A stretch of DNA of 64,000 nucleotides from NCBI GenBank assembly GCA_963796275.1, contig CAWCKY010000001.1:672001-736000 (forward strand), given 5' to 3'. The position numbers and the translations under genes are program-made. This document shows positions 19,901 to 28,733 of the stretch, in pieces (position 1 is the first letter of the stretch; every line of letters starts with the position of its first letter). The notes under the pieces were generated by a model. It was given only the letters and a program-made list of their open reading frames with translations, was not told where the DNA came from and ran no database searches. Source of the DNA: an uncultured Acidobacteriota bacterium (GTDB taxonomy: Bacteria > Acidobacteriota > Blastocatellia > RBC074).

Positions 19901-20520
19901 TTCCGCATCGTGTCGTGATGAGCGGTATCTTTGAGCTGCCCTTTGGTAAGGGGCGCAGATGGGGAAACGGCTGGAATAACATTGTTAATGGTTTTCTCGG
20001 CGGATGGCAATTGAACGGGATATTCCAATGGCAGAGTGGACGGCCGATTGACATGGGTGAGCGCAACGTCGTCTACTTCGGCGATCCCAGCAAACTGCGG
20101 GCTCAGATCAACAGCGAAAACGCTGATCCGTCACGCAGGGTCTTCGACACGAGCGGCTTCTATTTCAACGATGCGTTGGTCCAACTCACCGATGCATCAG
20201 GCAACCCATCTGGCGTGATCGACCCGAAGAAGCAGCGCGACGATTTGCGTATTCGCCTGGAGCATAACATTCGCTATTTTCCATCGCGACTGCCCAGCTT
20301 TCGCGGGCAGAATCTCCATCTCTGGGATGTTTCTGTGATGAAGAAAGTGCAAATTTCCGAAGGGCTGAATCTCGAACTGCGCGGAGAATTCTTGAACGCC
20401 TTCAATCATGTGCAGTTCAGCAATCCGGAGACAAATCCGACTAACGCAAGCTTCGGCAGAGTGACGGAACAAGCCAATCTGCCCCGGAATGTGCAGATCG
20501 GGTTGAAACTAATCTTTTAA
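16966..20520 (+). CDS. TonB-dependent receptor (Oar-like) with carboxypeptidase regulatory-like domain
   Basis: Signal peptide, GSISGRVT..GATVT, DAVQEFKV, DDWKV..LNLGVRYE, C-terminal RNVQIGLKLIF. Confidence 0.92.
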   Translation: MFSVKSILICLVTVYVMSSFVVAQEFRGSISGRVTEASGAAVQGATVTITNTATNTSTTATTNGSGDYVGLFLNPGPYAVAVEAQGFKKAVRQGIEVRVGDKLGIDLTLEVGDVADTVNISSDAPLLETNTASAGQVIDRRRISELPLSDGNPFVLTRLAPGIGYTGDLLFSRPFDNGGTSSIVADGSRGGNEFTLDGSPNQASGRRVAFVPPADAVQEFKVETASFDAQQSHTAGATVNVTLRSGSNEFHGTAYEFVRNDILSANNFFSNLNGDARNVTRYNRFGGTIGGPVLLPKKILGPLGYDGRNRSFFFFAYEGLKDVFQEPDFFNVPTLAMRQGNFSALGLVIYDPATARVNGSRIERSPFPGNKISEERISQIAKNYLQYYPLPNVDVSDPFGQDNYFSTNPRRDNFHSESVRFDQTISDVQKFFVRYSHNYRREERGNWTGEINGVRPIGNYLFRINNSATFDHVYSLSPTTILNTRTGFSRFIEKNERQHQGEFDPASLGFSDQTVAFFNDASYFPRFEIGGITNLGDTFGDSTSFDIYSVQPTMTKIAGSHSLKLGYDFRSYRENNIPAAHAAGRYIFDNTFTRQRDNSTGNVAGGQQFASFLLGLPTGGAIDRNTARSNQTLYQGVFVHDDWKVTRKITLNLGVRYELEGATTERFNRNMLRFDPTVTSPIEAAAKAAYAAKPIPELSASSFNVKGGILFANDENHGFWDADMNNVQPRIGIALQLNDKTVLRAGWGVFTVPAIIFGINQTGFSQGTSILPSTDRGITFQANIFNPFPFGVDSPPGASQGLQTFLGRTVDDFVPRDLNNSQAQRWEFGLQRELRGNWLIEVSYVGNKGYDLTTGFSNIVNPIPRQYLSTSRVRDDATIVFLNEDVDNPFSGLAPGTNLDNPTADRSQLLRPFPQFTGLESIRNDGESIYHSGQVRAEKRFSKGYSLLAAYTWSKYIEAASLLNATDFDLERRISPDDIPHRVVMSGIFELPFGKGRRWGNGWNNIVNGFLGGWQLNGIFQWQSGRPIDMGERNVVYFGDPSKLRAQINSENADPSRRVFDTSGFYFNDALVQLTDASGNPSGVIDPKKQRDDLRIRLEHNIRYFPSRLPSFRGQNLHLWDVSVMKKVQISEGLNLELRGEFLNAFNHVQFSNPETNPTNASFGRVTEQANLPRNVQIGLKLIF

Positions 20521-20530
20521 AGAGTATGAA

Positions 20531-20576
20531 AATGCGAAACAAACGAAAGCTCGAGCTTTTTCGTTTGTTTCGCATT
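20531..20576. repeat. Long hairpin, terminator-like
   Basis: AATGCGAAACAAACGAAA / TTTCGTTTGTTTCGCATT 18-bp perfect arms right after the TBDR stop. Confidence 0.75.
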
Positions 20577-20784
20577 CTCTCTTTATTCCTGAAACCGAAT
20601 CTGAGAACATTTGCGTCATAGAAGTTAGTACGAAGTAGGGAAATTCTAATTACAAATTGCAGGAAACACGCTCGCAATCAAAATGACAAACGGCGCGCCT
20701 TTCTTGTAGGTTGTCCAACCTGCGGAGGGCTTCATTACCACGCCGCACAGTATTAGTTATTGAGTGATCATTAACCGATTGAAA

Positions 20785-20869
20785 GTTTTCAGTTTTCAGT
20801 TTTTGGTGTTCAGTTGGATGGGTTCGATCGGCAGCTAAAACTGAAAACTTAAAACTTAAAACTGAAAAC
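20785..20869. repeat. Inverted repeat with 7-bp periodic arms
   Basis: GTTTTCA GTTTTCA GTTTTTG GTGTTCA ... AAAACTG AAAACTT AAAACTT AAAACTG AAAAC. Confidence 0.8.
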
Positions 20870-20888
20870 AATTTTCCGAGGAGACTAT

Positions 20889-22229
20889 ATGAGCAGGACC
20901 ACTCGCAGAGATTTCATAAAGACAACTTCGGCTGCTGGTGCTGGGGTAGCGTTCAGCAATCTTAACATCCTTCGCCCGGAACGTGTGCTCGGAGCGAACG
21001 ACCGCGTCCGCGTGGCGATCGTAGGCGCCAGCGATCGCGTAATGAGTTCGCTTGTCCCGTCATTTCAGTCGCTTGCTGAGTCGCTCAATTTCGAACTGGT
21101 CACCGTCTGCGACATCTGGAAGCTGCGCCGCGAAGAGAAGCCGGCCGAGATCGCCAGTAAGTACAAGGTCAAGGAGCCCGCCAAGGTCCGCAACACCGAA
21201 GAGCTCTACTCGATGAAGGACATCGATGCCGTTATCGTCGGCACCGCAGACTTCCAGCACGCCTACCACGCAATCGAAGCGGTCAAAGCAGGCAAGGATG
21301 TTTATGCCGAAAAGCCGTTCGCCAATATCATGTCGGATGCGCGCGAGGCGCTGAAGGTCATCGGCGGATCGAAACAGGTGTTCCAGGTCGGCACGCAGCG
21401 ACGCTCGACGCCCAGCTATATGCGTGCGAAAGAGTATCTGGAAACAGGCAAATTCGGTGACATCGTCATGGCCGAGATGACCTGGAACGTCAACCAGCCC
21501 GGCCGGTGGCGCCGCCCGAACGTGGTGCCGTTGCTCAAAGAACAAGACACCGATTGGAAGCGTTATCTGATCAACCGAGATCCGAAGATTCCCTTCGATG
21601 CGCGCAAATACCTGGAGTTCCGTCTCTTCTGGCCATTCTCATCGGGCATCCCGTGCCAGTGGATGGTGCACCAGATCGACACCGTGCATTGGTTCACGGG
21701 CATTCCGCATCCGCGCAGCGTAGTCGCCAACGGCGGCATCTATTTGTGGAAAGATAAACGTGAGAATTTCGACACCATGACCGCGGTATTCGATTATCAC
21801 GATGCGAAGAAGGATAAGTCATTCCAGGTACTCTACACCTCGCGCATGACGAACTCCGCCGGCGAGATCAAGGAAATCTACTATTCTAACGGCGGCACAC
21901 TCAATCTCGATACGAATAAAGTGACGTCCGAAGGCGGTTTGAAAGAGAGGCAGGCGAAAGAGATGAAGTTGAAACCCAACCTCCTTGAGTCACTCACTCT
22001 TTCGGACGAAGGCGGCATTGAGACGGCAGCCAACACGGGCGCGGACAAGCAGACTACTGCTCACATGCGCAATTGGATGGAATGCGTGCGCAATCGCAAC
22101 CAGAAGACGAATGCCGATATCCACGCGGCGTACAACCACTCGGTCGCTCTATGTATGACGATTGCTGCGCTGCAGACAGGCAAGAAAGTCACCTTCGATG
22201 ACAAGAAGCAGGAAGTCGTGACCAGCTAA
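20889..22229 (+). CDS. Tat-exported Gfo/Idh/MocA oxidoreductase
   Basis: TRRDFIK twin-arginine signal; DAVIVGT, YAEKP, QVGTQRRS, WMVHQID. Confidence 0.9.
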   Translation: MSRTTRRDFIKTTSAAGAGVAFSNLNILRPERVLGANDRVRVAIVGASDRVMSSLVPSFQSLAESLNFELVTVCDIWKLRREEKPAEIASKYKVKEPAKVRNTEELYSMKDIDAVIVGTADFQHAYHAIEAVKAGKDVYAEKPFANIMSDAREALKVIGGSKQVFQVGTQRRSTPSYMRAKEYLETGKFGDIVMAEMTWNVNQPGRWRRPNVVPLLKEQDTDWKRYLINRDPKIPFDARKYLEFRLFWPFSSGIPCQWMVHQIDTVHWFTGIPHPRSVVANGGIYLWKDKRENFDTMTAVFDYHDAKKDKSFQVLYTSRMTNSAGEIKEIYYSNGGTLNLDTNKVTSEGGLKERQAKEMKLKPNLLESLTLSDEGGIETAANTGADKQTTAHMRNWMECVRNRNQKTNADIHAAYNHSVALCMTIAALQTGKKVTFDDKKQEVVTS

Positions 22230-22239
22230 AATAACAATG

Positions 22240-22318
22240 AGGTTCACCACAAAGGTCGAAAAAATAGATCGCGAGATCCGGAAAGACTCACATTTTGTAT
22301 GAAATTTGTGGTGAACCT
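22240..22318. repeat. Inverted repeat element with TTCACCA/TGGTGAA ends
   Basis: AGGTTCACCACAAA / TTTGTGGTGAACCT perfect 14-bp pair. Confidence 0.7.
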
Positions 22319-22348
22319 TCGCAATCTGCCATCATTCGGGAGAAAATC

Positions 22349-23377
22349 ATGAGATGCCTACTTGCATTCGGCCTGGCCGTCTGTTTTCTCGCTACCATCA
22401 CAGCCGGCGCCCAGACGGTCAAGATTGTCGAAGCGAAAGAGAAGAAGCAGTTCGATGTTTACATCGACGATAACTTGTTCACTTCTTACTGCTATTGGGA
22501 TTCCCAGAAGAAACCGATCCTCTATCCGCTGCGCACATCGAAGGGAACGGTAGTCACGCGCAGTTATCCGGTCGCCCAGGTCGCCGGGGAACGGACCGAC
22601 CACCCGCACCACGTTTCGGTGTGGTTCAATTACGGCAATATCAACGGTGTCGATTTCTGGAACAACAGCGGTGGGGCGAGGGGTGAGAAGATGGGGACGA
22701 TCAAGCATCAAGCCGTGAACAAGGTTAAGAACGGCACGGGCAGCTCTTCACTCGACGTGACGATGGATTGGATAATGCCCGACGGATCGAAAGTCATGCA
22801 GCAGGACGAAACGATCATCTTTCGGGCCGCCAAAGACCTGCGTATCATCGACCGCATCATCACGCTCACGGCACAGGAGAAGAAGGTTGTTTTCGGCGAT
22901 AGTAAAGAGGGAGCTCTCGGCATACGCGTCGCCCGGCAACTAGAAGAGCCGTCAAAGGACCCACTGGTATTCACCGATGAAAAGGGAATCCCGACAAAAG
23001 TGCCCGTCCTCGATAATAACGGCGTCGCCGGCGTTTACCTGAGCAGTGAGGGTAAAATCGGCGAAAAGGAGGCCTGGGGAACTCGTGCAAAATGGATGAC
23101 CCTCTCAGGTAATGTCAAAGGTGAGGACGTCGTGATCGCCATCTTCGATCATCCGAAGAATCCGACATATCCGACTTACTGGCATGCACGCGGCTACGGC
23201 TTGTTTGCCGCTAACCCATTCGGCGCAAAAGAGTTCACCAAAGGCGCGACTGTTTTAAATTACACACTGGAGCCCGGCCAGAAATCTACATTCCGATTCC
23301 GAATTCTGGTTCATTCGGGCAAGTTGACCAAGGAGCAGACAGATGCGCTCTATCAGAAGTACCTGAGCGGCTCGTGA
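22349..23377 (+). CDS. Secreted DUF6807 ('PmoA family') protein
   Basis: Signal peptide from MRCLLAF; KPILYPL, DHPHH.SVW, DFW, FDHPKNP..WHARGYGLFAANPFG. Confidence 0.8.
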   Translation: MRCLLAFGLAVCFLATITAGAQTVKIVEAKEKKQFDVYIDDNLFTSYCYWDSQKKPILYPLRTSKGTVVTRSYPVAQVAGERTDHPHHVSVWFNYGNINGVDFWNNSGGARGEKMGTIKHQAVNKVKNGTGSSSLDVTMDWIMPDGSKVMQQDETIIFRAAKDLRIIDRIITLTAQEKKVVFGDSKEGALGIRVARQLEEPSKDPLVFTDEKGIPTKVPVLDNNGVAGVYLSSEGKIGEKEAWGTRAKWMTLSGNVKGEDVVIAIFDHPKNPTYPTYWHARGYGLFAANPFGAKEFTKGATVLNYTLEPGQKSTFRFRILVHSGKLTKEQTDALYQKYLSGS

Positions 23378-23696
23378 GATCGGTATACAGATTTGGAGAA
23401 AGATTTGCGACCGCAACTCTTTATATCCTCACGGATTTTTAATTCGCTCCAGTCACAAAATATCAAATTTTCTTACTCTAAATTTTGCGTCATGCTTTCA
23501 GGCAGTTTTTCCACTTATTAGTGGAAGAACATAGGCCGGACGAACTTGTAAAACTTCCGGTCGATGGCCTCTGGCGTTCCTTTCAAAGGTGATTCAAGCG
23601 CTCTATGAAGGAACTCTGCCCATCTCAGGTGTAGAGCAATTCTTTCTGACAACCGAGGTGCCTTCCAACTTTAACCTAGTTGCTGGAGTGTCCTCA

Positions 23697-24131
23697 ATGG
23701 AATATTGTTTCAACGAAGCGAGCGTGATGCTGCCTGCGGAGCTCATCGATAAAAGTCTGCAGACCTTCATATTGGCGGACGGCAAGCAATCATTCAATCT
23801 GGTCATCTCTCGTATAGATCTGGAATCCCGAGAAACGCTTGGACAACTGTGCGAACGACTGCTTGGCGAGTGGGAGAGTAAGCTGCCCCAATTCATTTTG
23901 GGCGGCCGGATGTCTACGATGGTCGATGGAGAGGCGGCTGAATACTTCGATTGCCGCTGGAAAGTCAATGGAATGTTGGTCAATCAATGGCAGGTTGTCG
24001 CTCTGGCGCCAAATCCGAGGCACGGGCCGCCTAACGGGCTTATTATCACCGGCACATGTCAGAAAAACTTCGTTCAGCCGTACACGGAGATCTATAAGCA
24101 ATTTATCGAGAGTCTGCGCTGGCGTAAGTAA
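23697..24131 (+). CDS. DcrB/DUF1795-related protein (PsbP/Mog1-like fold)
   Basis: MEYCFNEASVMLP..DKSLQTF, NLVISR, VDGEAAE..W, FIESLRWR; RBS GGAG before ATG 23697. Confidence 0.7.
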   Translation: MEYCFNEASVMLPAELIDKSLQTFILADGKQSFNLVISRIDLESRETLGQLCERLLGEWESKLPQFILGGRMSTMVDGEAAEYFDCRWKVNGMLVNQWQVVALAPNPRHGPPNGLIITGTCQKNFVQPYTEIYKQFIESLRWRK

Positions 24132-24238
24132 GGAGAGCACAGAGGGCCAAGCAGCTAAAAGTTGTGAGTCAACGATCGGATAACTCATATCATTGTGGTG
24201 GAGGGGGGGGACCGGTGAGGGGCTCGCCAACTTCCATC

Positions 24239-25666
24239 TTATCTACCCAATCTCAAGCTGCGCAAAACTTGCTGAAACGCCGCGTCGTAGCTTTGCGCCT
24301 CATCTTCCGGCGCGATAGTGATCAAATAGAACATTCGGCCATCAGGGGTCGCCGTCGTGTAAGTCACATCGAGCTCCATGACGCCGTTTATCGCCGATGG
24401 CCCGGAGACGGCGGAGACATAACCTCTCTTCCCGCTAACGTCGGTCTGCTGCGGCGCGCGCGCGAGCCCGAAATCCGCGTTTGTCTCGATCTGTCTCTGA
24501 ATGAATGCTTCGGTAGCCGATCGCAGATCACCCTGTTGAACTCCGACAACCCCTACAAACATGCCGTGGGTGACCATAGTTGAGTCTTTCAATTTACCGT
24601 ATGCGCCTTTGGGCGCGAAAATATAGTTCGAGTCGCCATCGGCGAATACTTCCCAATTCGATGGGACCCGGATCGCAAAGGCCCCATCCTTCGCCTGAAA
24701 ATTTTTATAGGATGCAGATGGTTTCTGCGGACGCACGCGCAGCTCGAGGTCAGACGGATCTTCTCCAATCCGGCGAAGCTGGCTGGAAGCGCTTAAGTCC
24801 GACGCCTTGCCCGTCAAACGCGCCTTGATCTGCTCGAACTCAGGGGTCGTATGAATCGGGTTTTTACCGACGGGCAAACTGTTGATCTCTTCCAGGATAT
24901 ATTGTGTGCGGTTGCCGGGATCGGGATGATCGCTCAGCATCTCAGGGAGGCGCTGCCCGCCTTCGGATTCGAGCGTTTGGAAAAAATTGGCCATATCTCG
25001 CGGATCATAGCCCGCTTCGGCCATAATCCGTGCGCCTTCTATATCAGCCTCTTTCTCCGCGCCGCGCCCGAATTTTAGAAAAAGCATGTTTGCGCCGAGA
25101 CCGCCAATTGTGCCTACCGCTTCGCCCAGATTCGGATTTTCGCCGCTTGCCGCTATCGATCCCAGGATTCCTAGACCAGCCTGAGCTACCTGTTGTTTAG
25201 ACACCTGATTTGTTCCATGGCGCAGTGCCGCGTGCGCGATCTCGTGTGACATGACGCCGGCCAGCTCGCCTTCATTGCGAGCCGCTGCAATCGCGCCCGC
25301 ATTGACGAAGAGAAATCCGCCTGGGAGAGCGAAGGCATTGATCTCGCGTGTGGCAACTACCTGAAACTGATAGGGGAATTTTTCTCCAGTCGCCTTTGAA
25401 GCGAGCTTTTTACCGAGCCGCGTGAGATAGTCGTTGATCTGTGGATCATTGAGCATCGGCGTCTCCCCCATAATCTGCCGGGCAGACTGTCGTCCCATCT
25501 CGACATCCTGCTCCGGGCTGAACAGGTTGAAGCCGGGTTTGAATTTCGGAGTAGATCGCGATCCCGCCGGCGCTTCCGTGCCGCCGCTCCGCAAACCGCT
25601 GCAACTCAACTGCGCGAAGAACAGATAGAGAATCAACAAGGACAAGGCGATTCGGCGTTTTTGCAT
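24239..25666 (-). CDS. M48 family metalloprotease, probable lipoprotein, with extra C-terminal domain
   Basis: LSC lipobox-like; INAFALPGG, HEIAH, EKEAD, GYDP, SDHP. Confidence 0.9.
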   Translation of the reverse strand: MQKRRIALSLLILYLFFAQLSCSGLRSGGTEAPAGSRSTPKFKPGFNLFSPEQDVEMGRQSARQIMGETPMLNDPQINDYLTRLGKKLASKATGEKFPYQFQVVATREINAFALPGGFLFVNAGAIAAARNEGELAGVMSHEIAHAALRHGTNQVSKQQVAQAGLGILGSIAASGENPNLGEAVGTIGGLGANMLFLKFGRGAEKEADIEGARIMAEAGYDPRDMANFFQTLESEGGQRLPEMLSDHPDPGNRTQYILEEINSLPVGKNPIHTTPEFEQIKARLTGKASDLSASSQLRRIGEDPSDLELRVRPQKPSASYKNFQAKDGAFAIRVPSNWEVFADGDSNYIFAPKGAYGKLKDSTMVTHGMFVGVVGVQQGDLRSATEAFIQRQIETNADFGLARAPQQTDVSGKRGYVSAVSGPSAINGVMELDVTYTTATPDGRMFYLITIAPEDEAQSYDAAFQQVLRSLRLGR

Positions 25667-25816
25667 AACATTTCTATTGATATTAGGAATACAAGAGGTT
25701 CAGCTCATGGGAGTTAATGGTATTTAACAAAGATAAGAAATAAAACGGTAAAAAGCAAATGTGTGAGCATCCCGGCGGCACCAATGGTGAATGAGCAGAT
25801 TACCGGATTTTCCATA

Positions 25817-26791
25817 TCAATCGAAATTCAGGGAGATAGCTGCTCGTATCGCGTGTTCTTTTATCCTCGCCAGAACCTCCAGCGCCAGCGCCAGTGCCCG
25901 TCTGCCCTCTGTTCCGGTGACGCCCGAGGCGATTCCCGTCCGCACTGAGGCAACAAAGTCTTCAATTTCCGCGAGCAATGGTTCCCGTTTCATGACATCG
26001 AGGGCCCCGCCGACAATTTCGGGCAATATGGACGGAGAGCCGGCCGGGAGAAGACGGCACATCGCTACTTGTTGTTCAGAATAATCGAGCGAATAGTATT
26101 CATTCGGCTGAAATACGCGGAGTTTGCGTAATCGCTCCCCGGAGACCCGGCTCGCCGTGATGTTTGCCACGCATCCGTCGGCAAATTCCAGCCGCGCATT
26201 CGCCAGATCTATCTTATGGGTCAGGATCGGGATACCGACGGCCTCGATTTTTACAACCTCGCGCTCGACCAGGCTGGCAATGACGTCGAGCTCGTGAACC
26301 ATGAGGTCCATCACTACATCGATATCAAGAGAACGAGGCGTAAATATCCCCATCCGGTGAGCTTCAAAAAATCGCGGCCGCGAAATCTTTTTTTGCAGAG
26401 CGCGAAACGCAGGATTGAAACGTTCGATGTGGCCAACCTGTAGAATCAGGCCTTTGGACTCGGCAATCCGAATCATATCATCCGCTTCGTCCAGCGTCCG
26501 CGCGATCGGCTTCTCGACCAGCACATTGATTCCGGCATTGAGACAGGCACACGTTATTTCGTGATGATCTACCGTCGGCGTCGCGATGCTGACCGCATCC
26601 ACATCCCCCAGCAGTTCACGGTAGTCTCTCACATATCTGACATTGTATTTATCAGCGACGGCGCGGCCGTTCTTTTCATTGATGTCACAGACGGCGATCA
26701 ATTTCGCATTTTCTATCGATGCGTAAATCCTTGCGTGTTCGCGTCCTAAATGCCCGGAGCCGATCACGGCAGCCCTAATGTTATCAACCAT
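25817..26791 (-). CDS. Gfo/Idh/MocA oxidoreductase, GnnA-like (UDP-GlcNAc 3-dehydrogenase)
   Basis: GSGHLG, VLVEKPIA, QVGHIERFNPA, DVVMDLMVH, ANITASRVS. Confidence 0.8.
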   Translation of the reverse strand: MVDNIRAAVIGSGHLGREHARIYASIENAKLIAVCDINEKNGRAVADKYNVRYVRDYRELLGDVDAVSIATPTVDHHEITCACLNAGINVLVEKPIARTLDEADDMIRIAESKGLILQVGHIERFNPAFRALQKKISRPRFFEAHRMGIFTPRSLDIDVVMDLMVHELDVIASLVEREVVKIEAVGIPILTHKIDLANARLEFADGCVANITASRVSGERLRKLRVFQPNEYYSLDYSEQQVAMCRLLPAGSPSILPEIVGGALDVMKREPLLAEIEDFVASVRTGIASGVTGTEGRRALALALEVLARIKEHAIRAAISLNFD

Positions 26792-26909
26792 TCATTTACC
26801 TCCCGCGGGTTTCAAGATTCACTACAGAATGATAACCTGAGTATTAGTTTTTAACCCGAATCGATAAATTTAAATCGGCAAATTTATAGCAAATTTATAT
26901 AAGATAATC

Positions 26910-28671
26910 GTGCAAACCCACAATCATCCTCAAACGGACGGGCAGAAAAAGTCTGAAATCAAATACATCATTGCGCTGGTCATTTTGTGTGCGGTCGTGA
27001 ATTTTTTCGGCCTTGGCCAGCTACCGCTGATCGGTCCCGATGAGCCCCGTTACGCCGAAGTAGCACGTGAGATGTATGAAGCGCGTGATTGGGTTACGCC
27101 ACGGCTTGGCGGCATCGACTGGTTTGAAAAACCGGCATTGACCTATTGGATCCTCAATTACGGGTTACACACTGTTCGGTGTATCGGAATTTTCTGCGCG
27201 GGTCGGCATCGCGCTGTTGGCGAGCATCGGGGTACTGCTCCTCTATTTTTTCGGGAAGAAAGTTCGATCGGCCCGGTTCGGTTACCTCAGCGCATCGACG
27301 CTGGTGACCTGTGGTATGTGGCCCGGATTCTCGCGCGCCGTGACCTTTGATCTCACCTTGTCTGTGACTTTGGAGCTGGGGTTCCTCAGTTTTTTTCTCT
27401 GGCAGAGAACGGAAGAGCCGAGAAGGAGAAAATACCTATGGCTGTTATTCTGCTCTGCTCTTGGATTAGCTGTCCTGGCCAAGGGTTTAGTGGGAGTTCT
27501 GTTGCCGGTTCTCGTCATCGGGCCGTATCTTTTGCTAACCAGGCAAGTGAGGAGTGTGTTGAAACCGGGTCTGATCCTACCCGGGATATTTGTTTTCGCT
27601 GCGACCGCGGCGACATGGTATTGGCCGGTGATATCGCGTCACGGCTATGAATTCATCAACGAATTTTTTCTCTCGCATCATCTTCAACGATATGTGAGCA
27701 ATAAATTTCGCCACCCGCAGCCATTTTATTTCTTTGGGATAATCGTCTTCGCCGGGATTTTCCCATGGTCGTTCTATTTCATATCGAATGCATGGCAATC
27801 GGTGAAGCAGCTCCGGACGAATTTCGACTGGTCGAGCGACCGGTTGACTCTGTTCCTGTGGCTCTGGGTCCTGATGCCGGTTCTTTTCTTTTCTTTCTCC
27901 GGATCGAAACTGCCCGGTTATATCCTGCCCGTTTTTCCGCCAATCGCAATGATCGTCGGTATGGAACTGGAAAAGTGGTGGGAAGCAGAGGAGCCGAAGC
28001 GAATGAAGTTTCTCGCCTTGGCCACCGCAATAATGATCATCATGGTGGCGGCGGGATTAGGTTTGCTCGGCGACCGGGAACTCGGGTTGAGTCTATTCGA
28101 TGCTTTCAAGGTCGCAACTATAGCCATTGTCGCTGCGGTCGTTTATCTCGCATTGTGGATTTTGTTAAGCGGCAGGGCAGCGACTCTCTTTCTTCCATTC
28201 GGCCTCGCACTGGTCATCGTGACCGCGGTAAATCTGATCTTTCCCGTTTTGGGAAATAGCGAAACGCTTCGCGATCTATCATTGATGGCCAAGAAATCGG
28301 CAAAACCGGGCGAACGGTTGGTCTTTTACATTGATCACAATCAGGGGATCAATTTTTACGCGCCCGACCTGCCATTGCGAGACAATCGATCGGAATTGAT
28401 AACGGTAATGTCATTTGAAGAGATTGAGTCATTAGTTCAGGCCAGAGGCGGGGCGAGCATCCTCGTGATTTCGCCCAAGCATATGGCTGATAGAAAGAGC
28501 GCAAGAATCCTATTGCAGACAGAGAAACTGGGGGAGCAGAAGCGCAATATTCGATGTTCTCCCGGATGTGATTGGGTACTTTTTCGGGCGCAATTGAAGT
28601 CCGATAGGCAGTATGCGGTAAACGGTGTGCAGCAATTCAATGAGGAACAAGAGGGAAAAAATAAGCAATGA
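26910..28671 (+). pseudogene. ArnT/PMT-like (GT83/GT39) glycosyltransferase interrupted by a +1 frameshift at ~27153 (real lesion or sequencing error)
   Basis: DEPRYAEVAREM, FEKPALTYW in the first frame; FGVSEFSAR, LAKG, KLPGYILP in the second; removing one C joins them into a 586-aa ORF. Confidence 0.8.
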
Positions 28672-28733
28672 AGCTAAATTTTATATTCACTTCTTTGATT
28701 TTGCTTTCACACAAGCCAAAGGAGATATGAATC

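Noticed and set aside
6556-20869. Periodic repeats as a CRISPR array
   Set aside because: Units are 7-10 bp without unique spacers; no cas genes.
22349-23377. 'PmoA' label implying methane oxidation
   Set aside because: Soluble secreted DUF6807-type protein, unrelated to membrane pMMO; no pmoBC nearby.
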